NCBI GenBank assembly: GCA_051418015.1
Contig: JBPRGF010000024.1
Location: forward strand, 32,001 to 96,000
Length of the DNA: 64,000 bases
Source of the DNA: Candidatus Nitrospinota bacterium M3_3B_026
GTDB lineage: Bacteria > Nitrospinota_A > UBA7883 > JBPRGF01
Reading direction: 5' to 3'
The notes below the pieces were generated by a model. The model searched no databases. It was given only the letters and a program-made list of their open reading frames with translations, and was not told the DNA's origin. Position numbers and translations under genes: made by a program. Shown piece after piece: positions 38,052-48,000 of the stretch (its first letter is position 1; the number at the start of each line of letters is the position of its first letter).

Positions 38052-39404
38052 TCACACCCCCGGCCCGGCGCGATATCGTTCCAGCTTACGGTAGAGTTTG
38101 GGCCTTGAGATTCCCAGTATCCTGGCCGCCTTGGATATGTTGCCGTTCACGGCGTCCAGGACATAGAGGATGTGTTCCCGTTCGATCTCCGGCAGGCTTT
38201 GCAGCCTCCTGAGCCTGCTGTTTTTCGACTTTTTCTCGAAGGACAGCGGCAGGTCCTTCATCTGGATGACGTTCTTCTGGGCCAGGTTCACCGCCCGCTC
38301 CAGGACGTTTGAAAGCTCCCGGACGTTCCCTGGCCAGTTGTATTTCATCAGGGCGTCGAGGGCTTTCTTGGCCAGCCTTTTGCCGTTCGTCCCGGACCTT
38401 GCGCTTGAGATGATGTGCTCGGCCAGCTCCCTGATGTCATCCTTGCGCTCCCGCAGGGGAGGGACGTTTATGGTGAAGGTCGATATTTTATAATAAAAAT
38501 CCTCACGGAACCTGCCGTTCTTGGTCAGGGCGAGCAGGTTTTCGGTCGTGGCGAAGATAAGGCGCGTGTCGGCGGCGATATCGACACGCCCCCCCACGCG
38601 GCGGAACTCCCCGGTGTCCAGAAAGTGCAGTATCTTCACCTGCATGGCGGGCGACACCTGGTCAACCTCGTCGAGGAAGACCGTCCCCCCTTCCGCTATC
38701 TCCAGCAGGCCGCGTTTTCTCTGCTTGGCCCCGACGAAGGCGTCCGCCTCGTGCCCGAAAAGCTCCGTCTCCAGCACGCCCTCGGAGAGGACGCCGCAGT
38801 TTAAGGTCACGAAAGGGTTGCCGTTGCGCGGCGAGGCCTGGTGGATGGCCATGGCGGTGACCTCCTTGCCCACGCCGACTTCGCCCACCACCAGCACCGG
38901 GTTCGACGCCCCGGCCACCTGCCTTATCTGTTCGCGCAGGTCGCGCATTATCTTGGAGGAGCCGATGAGCCGCTGGTTGAACATGCGGCGGCGCATCTCG
39001 TCGCGGAACCTGGCGTTCTGCTCGTTGAGCCTCTTTTTCTCGTAGGCTTTGCGGACGATCACCTCCAGCTCGAAAAGCTTGCATGGCTTGGCCATGTAGT
39101 CATAGGCGCCGAGGCGCATCGCCTCTATGGCCGAGTCTATGGTGGCCTGGCCGGTGAGCATTATCGCCTCGAACTCCGGGTGGAAGCTTTTTATCTCCTT
39201 GAGCAGGTCGATCCCCGATATCCCGGGCATCTTGATGTCCAGCACCCCAACGTCAAACCGCCGCGTCTTGACAAGCTCCAGGGCCTGCTCACCGGACGAG
39301 CAGCCGGTCACGTCGAACTCGGTCTGGTCGAACCGGCGCACCAAAAGCTCGCGGAACGCGTCTTCGTCGTCTACAACCAAAAGCCTTATCTTCCTGTTTT
39401 CCAT
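38052..39404 (-). CDS. NtrC-family response regulator (REC-AAA+-Fis HTH) with variant GAFTGA loop
   Basis: VVDDE..LDIKMP, GEVGVGKE, ELFGHEADAFVGA, FLDEV, WPGNVREL, GNISKAARILGISR. Confidence 0.93.
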   Translation of the reverse strand: MENRKIRLLVVDDEDAFRELLVRRFDQTEFDVTGCSSGEQALELVKTRRFDVGVLDIKMPGISGIDLLKEIKSFHPEFEAIMLTGQATIDSAIEAMRLGAYDYMAKPCKLFELEVIVRKAYEKKRLNEQNARFRDEMRRRMFNQRLIGSSKIMRDLREQIRQVAGASNPVLVVGEVGVGKEVTAMAIHQASPRNGNPFVTLNCGVLSEGVLETELFGHEADAFVGAKQRKRGLLEIAEGGTVFLDEVDQVSPAMQVKILHFLDTGEFRRVGGRVDIAADTRLIFATTENLLALTKNGRFREDFYYKISTFTINVPPLRERKDDIRELAEHIISSARSGTNGKRLAKKALDALMKYNWPGNVRELSNVLERAVNLAQKNVIQMKDLPLSFEKKSKNSRLRRLQSLPEIEREHILYVLDAVNGNISKAARILGISRPKLYRKLERYRAGPGV

Positions 39405-39434
39405 TATCTATTTCCCCTATCCAGCAGCCCCAAA

Positions 39435-40310
39435 TCAATCAAAGGTGAACTTCTCGATCTCCTCTCTCTCACTCTCCATCTTCTGGATGATCGTCTCCAG
39501 TATCTCGTCCGTAAGCCCCAGGCGGCGCGCGGCTGTCGGGTTGAGCTCCGTCTCCTCGTCATCGCCGCTGTAGCCCAGCTTGATCTTCCTGCATACATAG
39601 TCCGCCACGCTCACGAGGGAGTCGATAACGCTCTCGGAGCCGTCCTCGCCGTCGTTGAGCGGGTCGTGATGGCGCCTGATGGCGTTTATCACGGGGTCCG
39701 GGAACTGCCACTTCCTGGCCAGCAGCGACCCGGCCTCGGCGTGGTCCATCTCCAGTATCCTTTTCTCCGCGTCCCCGATCCACATCCGCTCGTTTCTCGC
39801 AAGGCGCAGCACGCTCCTGTAGTCCTCGCTGAAGACGTTGTCGAAGACCACCTTGCCGATGTCGTGCAAAAGGCCGGCCAGGAAGACCGTCTCCTCGTCC
39901 GACCCCCTGACGCTGTCCAGCGTCGACGCGAGCCGTTTGGCGCACGTGGCGACGGCGAGGGAGTGAATCCACAGCCGCCTTTTGTCGAGGGAGTCGCCGT
40001 CCCTGGACGGGGAAGAGTGGAACACGGAAACGCCTAGCGCCATGGTTTTCACCGTCTGGAAACCGAGGATCACCGTGGCGTGGGATATCGACGATATCTG
40101 GCGAAGGTGGCCGTAGAACGCCGAGTTGACCAGCTTCAGGATCATGGAGCTCAAGGACTGGTCGCGCGATATAACCTCGCCAAGCTCCGCCGCGGTGGAC
40201 GAAGGGTTTTCGACAACCTCTATTATCCGCGCCAGCGTCGCCGGCAAGGTCGGCAGATTTTGTATTCTTTGAATTAAAAGACGTTTTTCTTCCAGGCTCA
40301 CACGGAGCAT
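39435..40310 (-). CDS. HDOD domain protein
   Basis: LPTLP, D..L...ILKLVNSAFYG, LWIHS, AGLLHDIGK, DHAEAG..W.FP..I..HH. Confidence 0.93.
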   Translation of the reverse strand: MLRVSLEEKRLLIQRIQNLPTLPATLARIIEVVENPSSTAAELGEVISRDQSLSSMILKLVNSAFYGHLRQISSISHATVILGFQTVKTMALGVSVFHSSPSRDGDSLDKRRLWIHSLAVATCAKRLASTLDSVRGSDEETVFLAGLLHDIGKVVFDNVFSEDYRSVLRLARNERMWIGDAEKRILEMDHAEAGSLLARKWQFPDPVINAIRRHHDPLNDGEDGSESVIDSLVSVADYVCRKIKLGYSGDDEETELNPTAARRLGLTDEILETIIQKMESEREEIEKFTFD

Positions 40311-40659
40311 CCCCGAACTTCAGTTATTCATTAAAGCATATAACGCTATGATACATTGTGTTTTAATTGGACACAACAAAAAAGAATCAAGACCTGGCGG
40401 GGGATCTCCGGCCAGCCTCTGTGCCGCCGCCGCGTTTTGCGCCAAAAACCGTTGGGGCCGAGGGCGAGATCCGTAAAACGTCATGACAAGCCTTTTCGAG
40501 CCCACTGTCGGACGGACCGAGGCGGAGGCCTTGTTTCCCTTGGGACCGCTTGGTGATCCACGAAGCGTTTCTGTCCGAAATTGCGCAGGAGGAATTAGAG
40601 GGACGCGGCGTCCGGATCGTAAATCTTCGATACTGTTTTGAAGGGCGCTCCCGGCGTTT

Positions 40660-41187
40660 TTAGCTGGGTGGAAGTTCTTGTGAGCGGCGCGATTTTAACA
40701 TCAGGTCGATAAACTCCCGCGCCGCCCCGTTCCCTCCGTCTTTCGAAGAGACCCAGTCCGCCGCGTCCAGCGCCGCGGGATGCGCATCGGCGGGAGCGGC
40801 GGCGAGCCCCGCTATCCTCATGGCCGGTATGTCGATTACGTCGTCGCCCATGAAGGCGGCGGCGCTCAGCTCGAAACCGGCCGTATCGGCAAGATCGCGC
40901 ATGGCCTTTTCTTTATCCTTCGCCCCTTGCAGGACGTATTTTACACCGAGGTTCTCCGCCCGCTTGGCGGTCACGGCGGAGGTCCTGCCGGAAATGAAGG
41001 CGAACTGTATCCCGGCGTCCCGCGCCATCACGATCCCATGTCCGTCCTTCACGTCGAAGTTTTTGAGCTCCTTGCCGTCTTCGGTGAATATAATTTTGCC
41101 GTCCGTCAGGACGCCGTCGACATCGAGGACGACGAGCCGTATCATCCCGGCCCTCTTCATGATCTCGTTTTCCTCAATCGGCGGCAT
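40660..41187 (-). CDS. kdsC: 3-deoxy-D-manno-octulosonate 8-phosphate phosphatase (HAD)
   Basis: LDVDGVLTDG, FDVKDGHG, ISGR, MGDDVID, GGNGAARE. Confidence 0.93.
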   Translation of the reverse strand: MPPIEENEIMKRAGMIRLVVLDVDGVLTDGKIIFTEDGKELKNFDVKDGHGIVMARDAGIQFAFISGRTSAVTAKRAENLGVKYVLQGAKDKEKAMRDLADTAGFELSAAAFMGDDVIDIPAMRIAGLAAAPADAHPAALDAADWVSSKDGGNGAAREFIDLMLKSRRSQELPPS

Positions 41188-41227
41188 AGTCTCTCCTGGC
41201 TCATGAGACGCCCCGGCCGAGTGTCTT

Positions 41228-41270
41228 TATGACTTATGTCGTTGCGGCCCGGGAGTGGACAGTATAACTT
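41228..41270 (+). promoter_or_regulatory. second candidate Crp/Fnr-type site (TATGAC-N4-GTCGTT) with class II-spaced -10 (TAACTT) before the ywiC-like gene
   Basis: Imperfect palindrome at 41228-41243; TAACTT at 41265-41270. Confidence 0.35.
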
Positions 41271-41324
41271 CATTCCTCGCGGCCTTGAAGGCGTTTTGTC
41301 CGATGTGTTGGAAAGGTTGAATCC

Positions 41325-42146
41325 GTGACGCTTGGAAAACCGGTTCTGCCAAAGGAGCACGGCGTGTGGGTGACCCTGCTCACGCCGATGTTCATGGGGA
41401 CCTTCTCCGCCGTCCCGGAGGATGGTTTCAGGCTTGCCGCGGCGGCTCTTTTCGCCGTTTCTTCCCTTTTGGGCGTTTTCGCCATGGAGCCTTTGCGGCT
41501 TTTTGCGAGTCCGGTGAGAGGGGTGGATCCGAAGAGGACAGCCGCCTGGCTCGGGATTTACGCCATCGGCGCGGCGGTCTCTTTCGGGGCTTTTGTGGTT
41601 TTGTATGACTTGTGGGAGCTTTTGTGGCTTCTGGCGCCCGCCGCCATCCTCGCCGGCGTCAGGATGTGGGCGGGCGCGGCCAGGGCGACGCGGGATTTGA
41701 AGGTGGAGCTGATCGGCGTCCTCGGCCTTTGCCTGACGGCCCCGGCGGCAAGCTTCATCCAGACCGGTGTTCTGGGGGCGCGGGGCCTGTTCCTTTACGC
41801 GCTTTGCGTGATATGGTTCACGGACAGGCTGATGAGCGCGCGGCGGACGCTGGAGAGGGTCAGGTCGCGTCCGTCCCTGCCCTCGGCGCTCGACAGGGCG
41901 GCGTGGCATGGAAGGCAGTTGGCCGTACACATCGCCGCTCTCGTCATGGCGGCGCTGGTCATATTCTTTTCCGGCGGCTCGGCGCCGGCCGCGGCTTTTT
42001 TCCCTTTCCTTCTGGCCACGGCGAAGAACGTCCTGGACGTGGGGTTCCTTGAAAACCTTCCTGGCCCCATGCGGATCGGCTTTGCCGAAATGGGGCTGGG
42101 GATAGCCTTCGGCCTCGCCCAGACCGCCGCCTGGCTCTTTGTCTGA
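41325..42146 (+). CDS. YwiC-like family membrane protein
   Basis: PKEHGVW N-terminal motif, multiple TMs, C-terminal RIGFAE. Confidence 0.8.
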   Translation: MTLGKPVLPKEHGVWVTLLTPMFMGTFSAVPEDGFRLAAAALFAVSSLLGVFAMEPLRLFASPVRGVDPKRTAAWLGIYAIGAAVSFGAFVVLYDLWELLWLLAPAAILAGVRMWAGAARATRDLKVELIGVLGLCLTAPAASFIQTGVLGARGLFLYALCVIWFTDRLMSARRTLERVRSRPSLPSALDRAAWHGRQLAVHIAALVMAALVIFFSGGSAPAAAFFPFLLATAKNVLDVGFLENLPGPMRIGFAEMGLGIAFGLAQTAAWLFV

Positions 42147-42253
42147 GGGCCGCCGCCCGGGCTCCGTCCGGAGGTGGAAACAAGCCTTGTGTTCCTGTGT
42201 CAAACAATCTAAAATTAACCGCGTTCTTTTCGCCGGGATTCAGCGGCTGGAGT

Positions 42254-42832
42254 ATGAAATTGAACACTTATGATTCTGATCCGCGTCTGTCAGGGCTCGG
42301 CGCGAACGAGGTGAAACTTGCCCGCGCGCTGCTCGGCGGGAACATGATGACAGAGGACCAGTTCGAGGATTTTCTGGGACTCAGGGAGCGTTTCGATCAG
42401 GGCGGCAAGCGCTACCTGGGGGACATAATGGTCGAGCGGGGGTACATCTCCCAAGATGTCGTGGACGAGTTTTTCGCCCAGAACAACGAGATGTACCTTG
42501 AGTTTCTCGACGAGTTGATAGAGACAGGTTTTTTGCGCGAGGACCAGAAGGAGCGAATACTGGCCGACGAGGGCTCCAGGACCAAGGTGGTCTCCGTCCT
42601 GGAAAAGCTCGGGATAATGACGAAAGAGAGCTTCATCAAGCTTTTCAGCAAGAGGGTCAACTCCCTCCGGCTGGGCGACTGGCTCCTGGCCAAGCGCAAG
42701 ATAGACAAGGAGACGCTGGAGAAGGCGTTGAAGGAACAGAACATCTACCGGCTGGAGGATTACCTCAGGTTCCACGAGATAATAGACGAAGCCCGGCTCG
42801 CGAAGATCAAGGAAAAGCTGGGAATCGCCTGA
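42254..42832 (+). CDS. hypothetical protein made of MshEN/GspE-N-like helical repeats
   Basis: RYLGDIMVERGYISQ and RLGDWLLAKRKIDKETLEKALKEQ, plus further degenerate copies. Confidence 0.65.
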   Translation: MKLNTYDSDPRLSGLGANEVKLARALLGGNMMTEDQFEDFLGLRERFDQGGKRYLGDIMVERGYISQDVVDEFFAQNNEMYLEFLDELIETGFLREDQKERILADEGSRTKVVSVLEKLGIMTKESFIKLFSKRVNSLRLGDWLLAKRKIDKETLEKALKEQNIYRLEDYLRFHEIIDEARLAKIKEKLGIA

Positions 42833-42873
42833 GGGGAAAGACGGCCGAGAGGAATCCAGGGAGATACTCGTAA

Positions 42874-43641
42874 ATGGGTTTGATGGACGGCAAAAAAGGG
42901 ATTGTGGTTGGCGTCGCCAATGAGCGCAGCATCGCGTGGGGCATAGCCCGCGCCGCCGCGAGGGAAGGCGCCAGGCTTGGCATGACATACGCCATCGACA
43001 GTCTGGAGAAAAGGGCGCGCCCGCTGGCCGAGGAGATCGGCGCGGATTTTGTCCGCAAAATGGACGTTACCGACGAGGCCCAGGTGGACGAGGTGTTTGA
43101 GACGGCGAGGGAGGCGTTCGGGGAGCTTGATTTCCTCGTCCATGCCGTGGCCTTCTCCGACAAGAGCGAGCTTAAAGGCCCCTACTACAACACCACCCGC
43201 GAAAACTTTTTGAACACCATGGACATCTCAGTCTACTCACTGACCTCGCTGACGCGCCGGGCCATCGGCCTCATGCCGGACGGGGGCTCCATCCTCACGC
43301 TGACTTTTTACGGCGCAAGGAAGGTCATAACCAACTACAACGTCATGGGCGTGGCCAAGGCGGCGCTGGAGGCGTCGGTGCGGTACCTCGCCGTGGACCT
43401 GGGGCCGAAAAACATCCGGGTGAACGCAATATCCGCCGGGCCGTTGAAAACCCTGGCCTCGGCGGGGATATCCGATTTCAGGGAAATGCTCAACCAGGGC
43501 GCCTCGCGCTCGCCGCTCGGCAGGAACGTAACCCTCGAAGAGGTGGGGGAGGCGGGGCTTTATCTTTTGTCCGACATGTCAACGGCCACCACCGGCGAGG
43601 TTCTGTTCGTGGACAGCGGCTATCACGTGACGGGGGTCTGA
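42874..43641 (+). CDS. fabI: enoyl-ACP reductase
   Basis: GVANERSIAWGIA, YNVMGVAKAALE, NAISAGPLKTLA. Confidence 0.96.
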   Translation: MGLMDGKKGIVVGVANERSIAWGIARAAAREGARLGMTYAIDSLEKRARPLAEEIGADFVRKMDVTDEAQVDEVFETAREAFGELDFLVHAVAFSDKSELKGPYYNTTRENFLNTMDISVYSLTSLTRRAIGLMPDGGSILTLTFYGARKVITNYNVMGVAKAALEASVRYLAVDLGPKNIRVNAISAGPLKTLASAGISDFREMLNQGASRSPLGRNVTLEEVGEAGLYLLSDMSTATTGEVLFVDSGYHVTGV

Positions 43642-43646
43642 TCCTC

Positions 43647-44378
43647 GTGTCCCTGAAATTCATCGCCAGCGTCATCTCGGCGAAGGAGGCGGAGGTCGTC
43701 CTGGAGATAGCGGACGTCTTGGACGTCAAGGATCCATCGAAAGGCGCGCTGGGAGCGGCTGATCCACAGATAGTGGCCGATGTGCGGGCCGTGGCGCCGG
43801 ATCTTAAAATCTCCGCGGCCCTTGGGGAGGCCGAGGGCCGGGGCCGTGGCGCGGCCGCGCTGGCGGCGGCGATGGCGGAAGCCGGCGCGGACATCGTGAA
43901 GATAAGCGTGGCCTGCGCGGAGCCGAAGCGGGCTCTTTCCACTCTGCTGGAGGTAAGGAAGGCACTGTCTTACGGCGCGTCCCTCGTCGCCGTGACTTAC
44001 GCGGATTCCCCCAGCGGGCTTTTTATAAAACCTTTCGACTTGCCCTTCCTGGCCTCGGCGGCGGGGGCGGACGGCGTTATGATTGACACGAAGGTGAAGG
44101 ACGGCTCCTGCCTGCTGGACCACGTGACGGAATACGACCTCGCCAGGATAGTCTCCGAGGCCAGGGAGCTTGGCCTCTTCACCGCGTTTGGAGGGTCGCT
44201 CGGCGCCGGGAGCGTCCCGGCCGCCGCCAGGGCCGGCGCGGACTATATCGGTTTCCGCTCCGCTATAGCCTCGGCGGGCAGGGCGGGGGAGGGGATCGAC
44301 GCCGGGAAGGCGCTCGCCATATCGCTGGCGCTCAAGAGTTTTTCCGCCGAGACCGCGGGGGCGAAGGGGTTGGCCTGA
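43647..44378 (+). CDS. mfnB: (5-formylfuran-3-yl)methyl phosphate synthase-like protein (MfnB/DUF556)
   Basis: ASVIS..EA, DVKDPSKGALGA, ISAALGE, VAVTYAD, MIDTKVKDG, GFRSA. Confidence 0.82.
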   Translation: MSLKFIASVISAKEAEVVLEIADVLDVKDPSKGALGAADPQIVADVRAVAPDLKISAALGEAEGRGRGAAALAAAMAEAGADIVKISVACAEPKRALSTLLEVRKALSYGASLVAVTYADSPSGLFIKPFDLPFLASAAGADGVMIDTKVKDGSCLLDHVTEYDLARIVSEARELGLFTAFGGSLGAGSVPAAARAGADYIGFRSAIASAGRAGEGIDAGKALAISLALKSFSAETAGAKGLA

Positions 44379-44385
44379 CTTTTTG

Positions 44386-45039
44386 TCACGCCCGAGCCGG
44401 CGTGATCCTGGTCCCCTCCGCGCGGCCTTTCAGGAACAGGCCGGAAAGCCTCTCCGGCGCTCGGCCGTTTATCGCGTAAACCTCCCACCACGGTTCTATG
44501 AACCCGCCGAACAGCGGATCCACAAGCCCCTGCCGGGCGGCTGTCTCCGCGTCCGTTTCGGGGACAGGACGCCCGTTTTCCATAACGCCGTCCACGCTCT
44601 TCAACAGAACCAGGCGGGTCAGCCCCAGTAACTGCGCGGCCCTGGCGGCTATCGTGTCGGAGGTCGCCTCCCATGTATGCGGGATCCCCGCGTCCTCGGC
44701 GGCGAAAGGGTAGGGGATGAAGACCGGCAGACACCCTTTACGCCAACCCGCCGCGACCCCCTCCCCGTCCCGGGCGATCTTCCCCGCCGGGAGCCTGGAG
44801 GCCAGCTCGTGGCCGTATTGCGCCATGGCCAGGACCGCCTGGACATGTGCCGCGCCGTCCGGCGCTCTCCGCGCCGCGCCACGTTCGCGGACGAAATCGG
44901 CGAACCGCCCACCGCCGGGGATTATCACCATATCCACGACGCCGGAGAGATCCGCGATCACGCCGAGGAGCGGCCCGAGGACATTGTCCTCGTCCAGGCT
45001 GCCGCCGATCTTGACCGCCCAGCGGGCGCGCTTTCTCAA
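44386..45039 (-). CDS. amino-acid-kinase-fold protein, MfnE/methylotrophy Orf21-like
   Basis: VKIGGSL, IPGGGRFADFVR, AH..A..AM.QYG, IPHTWEATSDTIAA, LKSVDG. Confidence 0.78.
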   Translation of the reverse strand: MRKRARWAVKIGGSLDEDNVLGPLLGVIADLSGVVDMVIIPGGGRFADFVRERGAARRAPDGAAHVQAVLAMAQYGHELASRLPAGKIARDGEGVAAGWRKGCLPVFIPYPFAAEDAGIPHTWEATSDTIAARAAQLLGLTRLVLLKSVDGVMENGRPVPETDAETAARQGLVDPLFGGFIEPWWEVYAINGRAPERLSGLFLKGRAEGTRITPARA

Positions 45040-45046
45040 AATCGAG

Positions 45047-48000
45047 TTACTTCAGCGTCTTCACGTTCACCGGCGGTGACGGCTCGCTCATGAGCCCGTC
45101 GGAGTCCACGGCGGTGACCACGTAGGTATAGGACGAATCAGGCTTCAGCCCCTCCACCTTGAAAGACGGGACGCCGCTTTCACCGATCTTCTGTTTGCCG
45201 AAGAACCCGGCCGAATAGACGATGTAGCGCTCGATGTCCGGCTCCGGGTTGGGCTCCCACGCGAGCGTCACGGAGTCGAAACCGGCCACGGCTTCCAGGC
45301 CAGCCGGAGCGCCCGGCAGCGGCTTGGTGCCCACCGACGTGGTTTGGGACTCTTCGCTGACCAGATCGTCCTCATCCACGGCCTGGACGCGGTAATAATA
45401 GGTCTGGCCGTTTTTGAGGCCCGTGTCCTCGTAAACGGCGGCCCGCGAGGAGGCTATCGTGGCGAAGCCTGATGTGGGGCTGGCGCTACGGAGTATCCTG
45501 TAGCTTTTTATGTCCGGCTCAGGGTTTGATTTCCAGGTCAGCGTCGTCCTGCCGGCCTCGCCCTGTGTTCCGGAAAGCCCCGTCGGCGCCGACGGGACGG
45601 GCTTGGTGAGGGCCTGGACGATTTTTGGATCAAGGCTTTCCACGTCCACGGAGTTGAACGCCCTCACGGCGTAATAGTAGACCTTCCCGTCCTCCAGCCT
45701 CTCCAGCCAGGAGCCCGTGTCTTTGTATCGGCTGGCGGAGGGGTCGCTTATCTTCTTTATCTTTTCCAGGCTGTCCGGCGTTTTGCCGCGGTAGATTATG
45801 TATCCGGCCACCTCCGGGTCGGTGGACGGCGTCCAGGAAACCACCGCCTGCTTGACGAGTCCCGATGTGGCCCTGACGTCCTCCGGGCCGGCGGGCGGGC
45901 CGAAGGTCGCTCCGCTCACCGGCGCCGTCGGCTCGGACTCCGCCCCTCCGACGTTCACGGCGGTCAGCTTGTAATAGTATTTTTGTCCGTCCTTGATCGT
46001 GGCGCCGGTCTTGTCCTCGTCGGTGTATTCGGTGACCGACCTGTCGGCGATCTCCTTTATCATCTCGAACGGTCCTCTCGGGGCGCCGCTCCTGTATATC
46101 CTGTACTTTTCCACATCCCCGTCCGGGTGCATGTCCCAGGACAGCGATATCGAACGCACAGACGCCGAGACGACGCCGAAGCCGGCGGGGGAGGCGGGTT
46201 TCTGGCGCGTCGCGGCGGAGACGGGCTCGGTCTCGTTGCCGTACTTGCCGGCCTTGTTGTAGGAGATCATCTTGTACCAGAAGACTTTTCCGTCTTCCAG
46301 CTCGCGCCCAGGCTCCGAGCCGCCTTTGTCGACGTATTCCGCCGTCGTCCTGTCGCGAATATCCGCGATCTCGCTGTACGCGCCGTCCCTGGTCTCGCCG
46401 CGGAAAATTTTGTAGCCGCTGGTCTCCTCGTCGTCGCTGGCGCTCCATTTCAGGGGGATTCGCCGTATCTGCCCGGATCGGGCGGCCAGCCTTGTGGGAG
46501 GGTTCGGCCCTCCCTTGGTTATGACGTAGCCCACCTTCGAAGGGTCAGACTTCACGCCGTCGTCGTTGTAGGCGACGATGCGGTAATAATATTTTTTGCC
46601 GTCCTCCAGCTTGTTCCTGTAAGAGCCGTCATCGACATGCTCCACGTCATCCCTGTCGGTCAGCTTCTCCACCTTTTCGAAGGGTCCTCCGGGGCTCTCG
46701 GAGCGGTACAGGATATACCCCTTAACCTCCGGCTCCGGGCTCATGTTCCAGGTGACGGTGTTTTCCCGGAACTTGTCGGAGTAGCCCCCCACGCCCGTCG
46801 GGGGGCTTGGGCGCAGGCGGATCATGTTTCCCTTCTGGACCGAGTACCTGCCCTGCTCTTTTATGATCCTGGCCTGGGAGGAGGCGGGGCCGGGGGCAGT
46901 TATCCTGATCTTGCCGGTGAGTTTCTGGTTTATGGCCAGGACCATCCCCGTCTCCGGGTCCACGACCCTTTCGCTGGCGTCGAAAACGGTGTAGACCTGG
47001 CCCTTCTCGGCTCCTTTCATTGTCCCCACATTCACCGTCACGGTTCTGGTCCAGTCGCCGTCGTCCTCTTTCTTTCGCTCCACGACGTATCCGTCCTTGA
47101 AGGGCAGGACACGGAAGATTTTTATGACGTGGGGCGAGTCCGCCCGGCCGGAATATCGCGTGTTGCCGGATTCGTCGGCGGCTTCTATGTAGTAGTTCAG
47201 CGTTTCGGAGGACATGAAGACCTCCGGGATGGGGCTTTCGAAGTCTCCCCGGCCCGAGGTGTCCTTCATCTCCTCCTGCAGGTAGTCGTCATCCTCGCCG
47301 CGCTTGTAGTATATCCCGACACGGGCCAGCGTCTTGTTGTCCTTTACCTTGGCGCGTATCATCAGCTTTGTCGCGTCGGAACTCGCGGTGATGGGATCAT
47401 GGAAGATGTTGGGAGCGTCCTTGTCCAACTCCGCGACCCGCACATCGAACGGCGAATCCGGCCTCCCGTCATAGGTGATGGAGCCGCCGAAGTCCTTTGC
47501 GGTTATGAAATACTGGATACCCTCGACGGTCACCCTGTCCCGGGGGATGACGCCCTCATAAATTCCCCGGCTGATCTGCTCCATCGGCGCCTTCTCGTAT
47601 TTTCCGGCGCCAGGCGCCCTGTAATTGAGCGTGACCTCCTCCACCCGCTTGTTGTCGGTCACCCTGGCCTTGACGCGGATGGAGCTTCCCTCCTTGCCCT
47701 CCTCAACGGGCTTGTGGTCTATAACCGCCGGTGTTTCGTCCAGCTCCTCCAGCTCCGCGTAGAAGTCGGACCGCTCCGATGGGCCTATGGAGATATCCCG
47801 TTCGAGTGGCCTGTATCCCTGTTTGACTATTCTTATGCTGTGGCGGCCGACGGGTATCTCGTCCAGTTCCACGGGTTCCGCGCCTGTGATGCCGATCAGC
47901 CTGTTGTCTATGTGAACCTCAGCCTCCGGCTGGCTGGACTGGACGATGACCGAGCCAAGGTTCCGCGCCCGGGCCTGCTCGTGGAGCTTTACGGCGTTGG

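Noticed and set aside
40400..40500. c-di-GMP-I riboswitch-like GCGCAAAAC on the minus strand upstream of the HDOD gene
   Set aside because: The upstream GCAAA/GNRA-tetraloop stem required by the motif is not visible.
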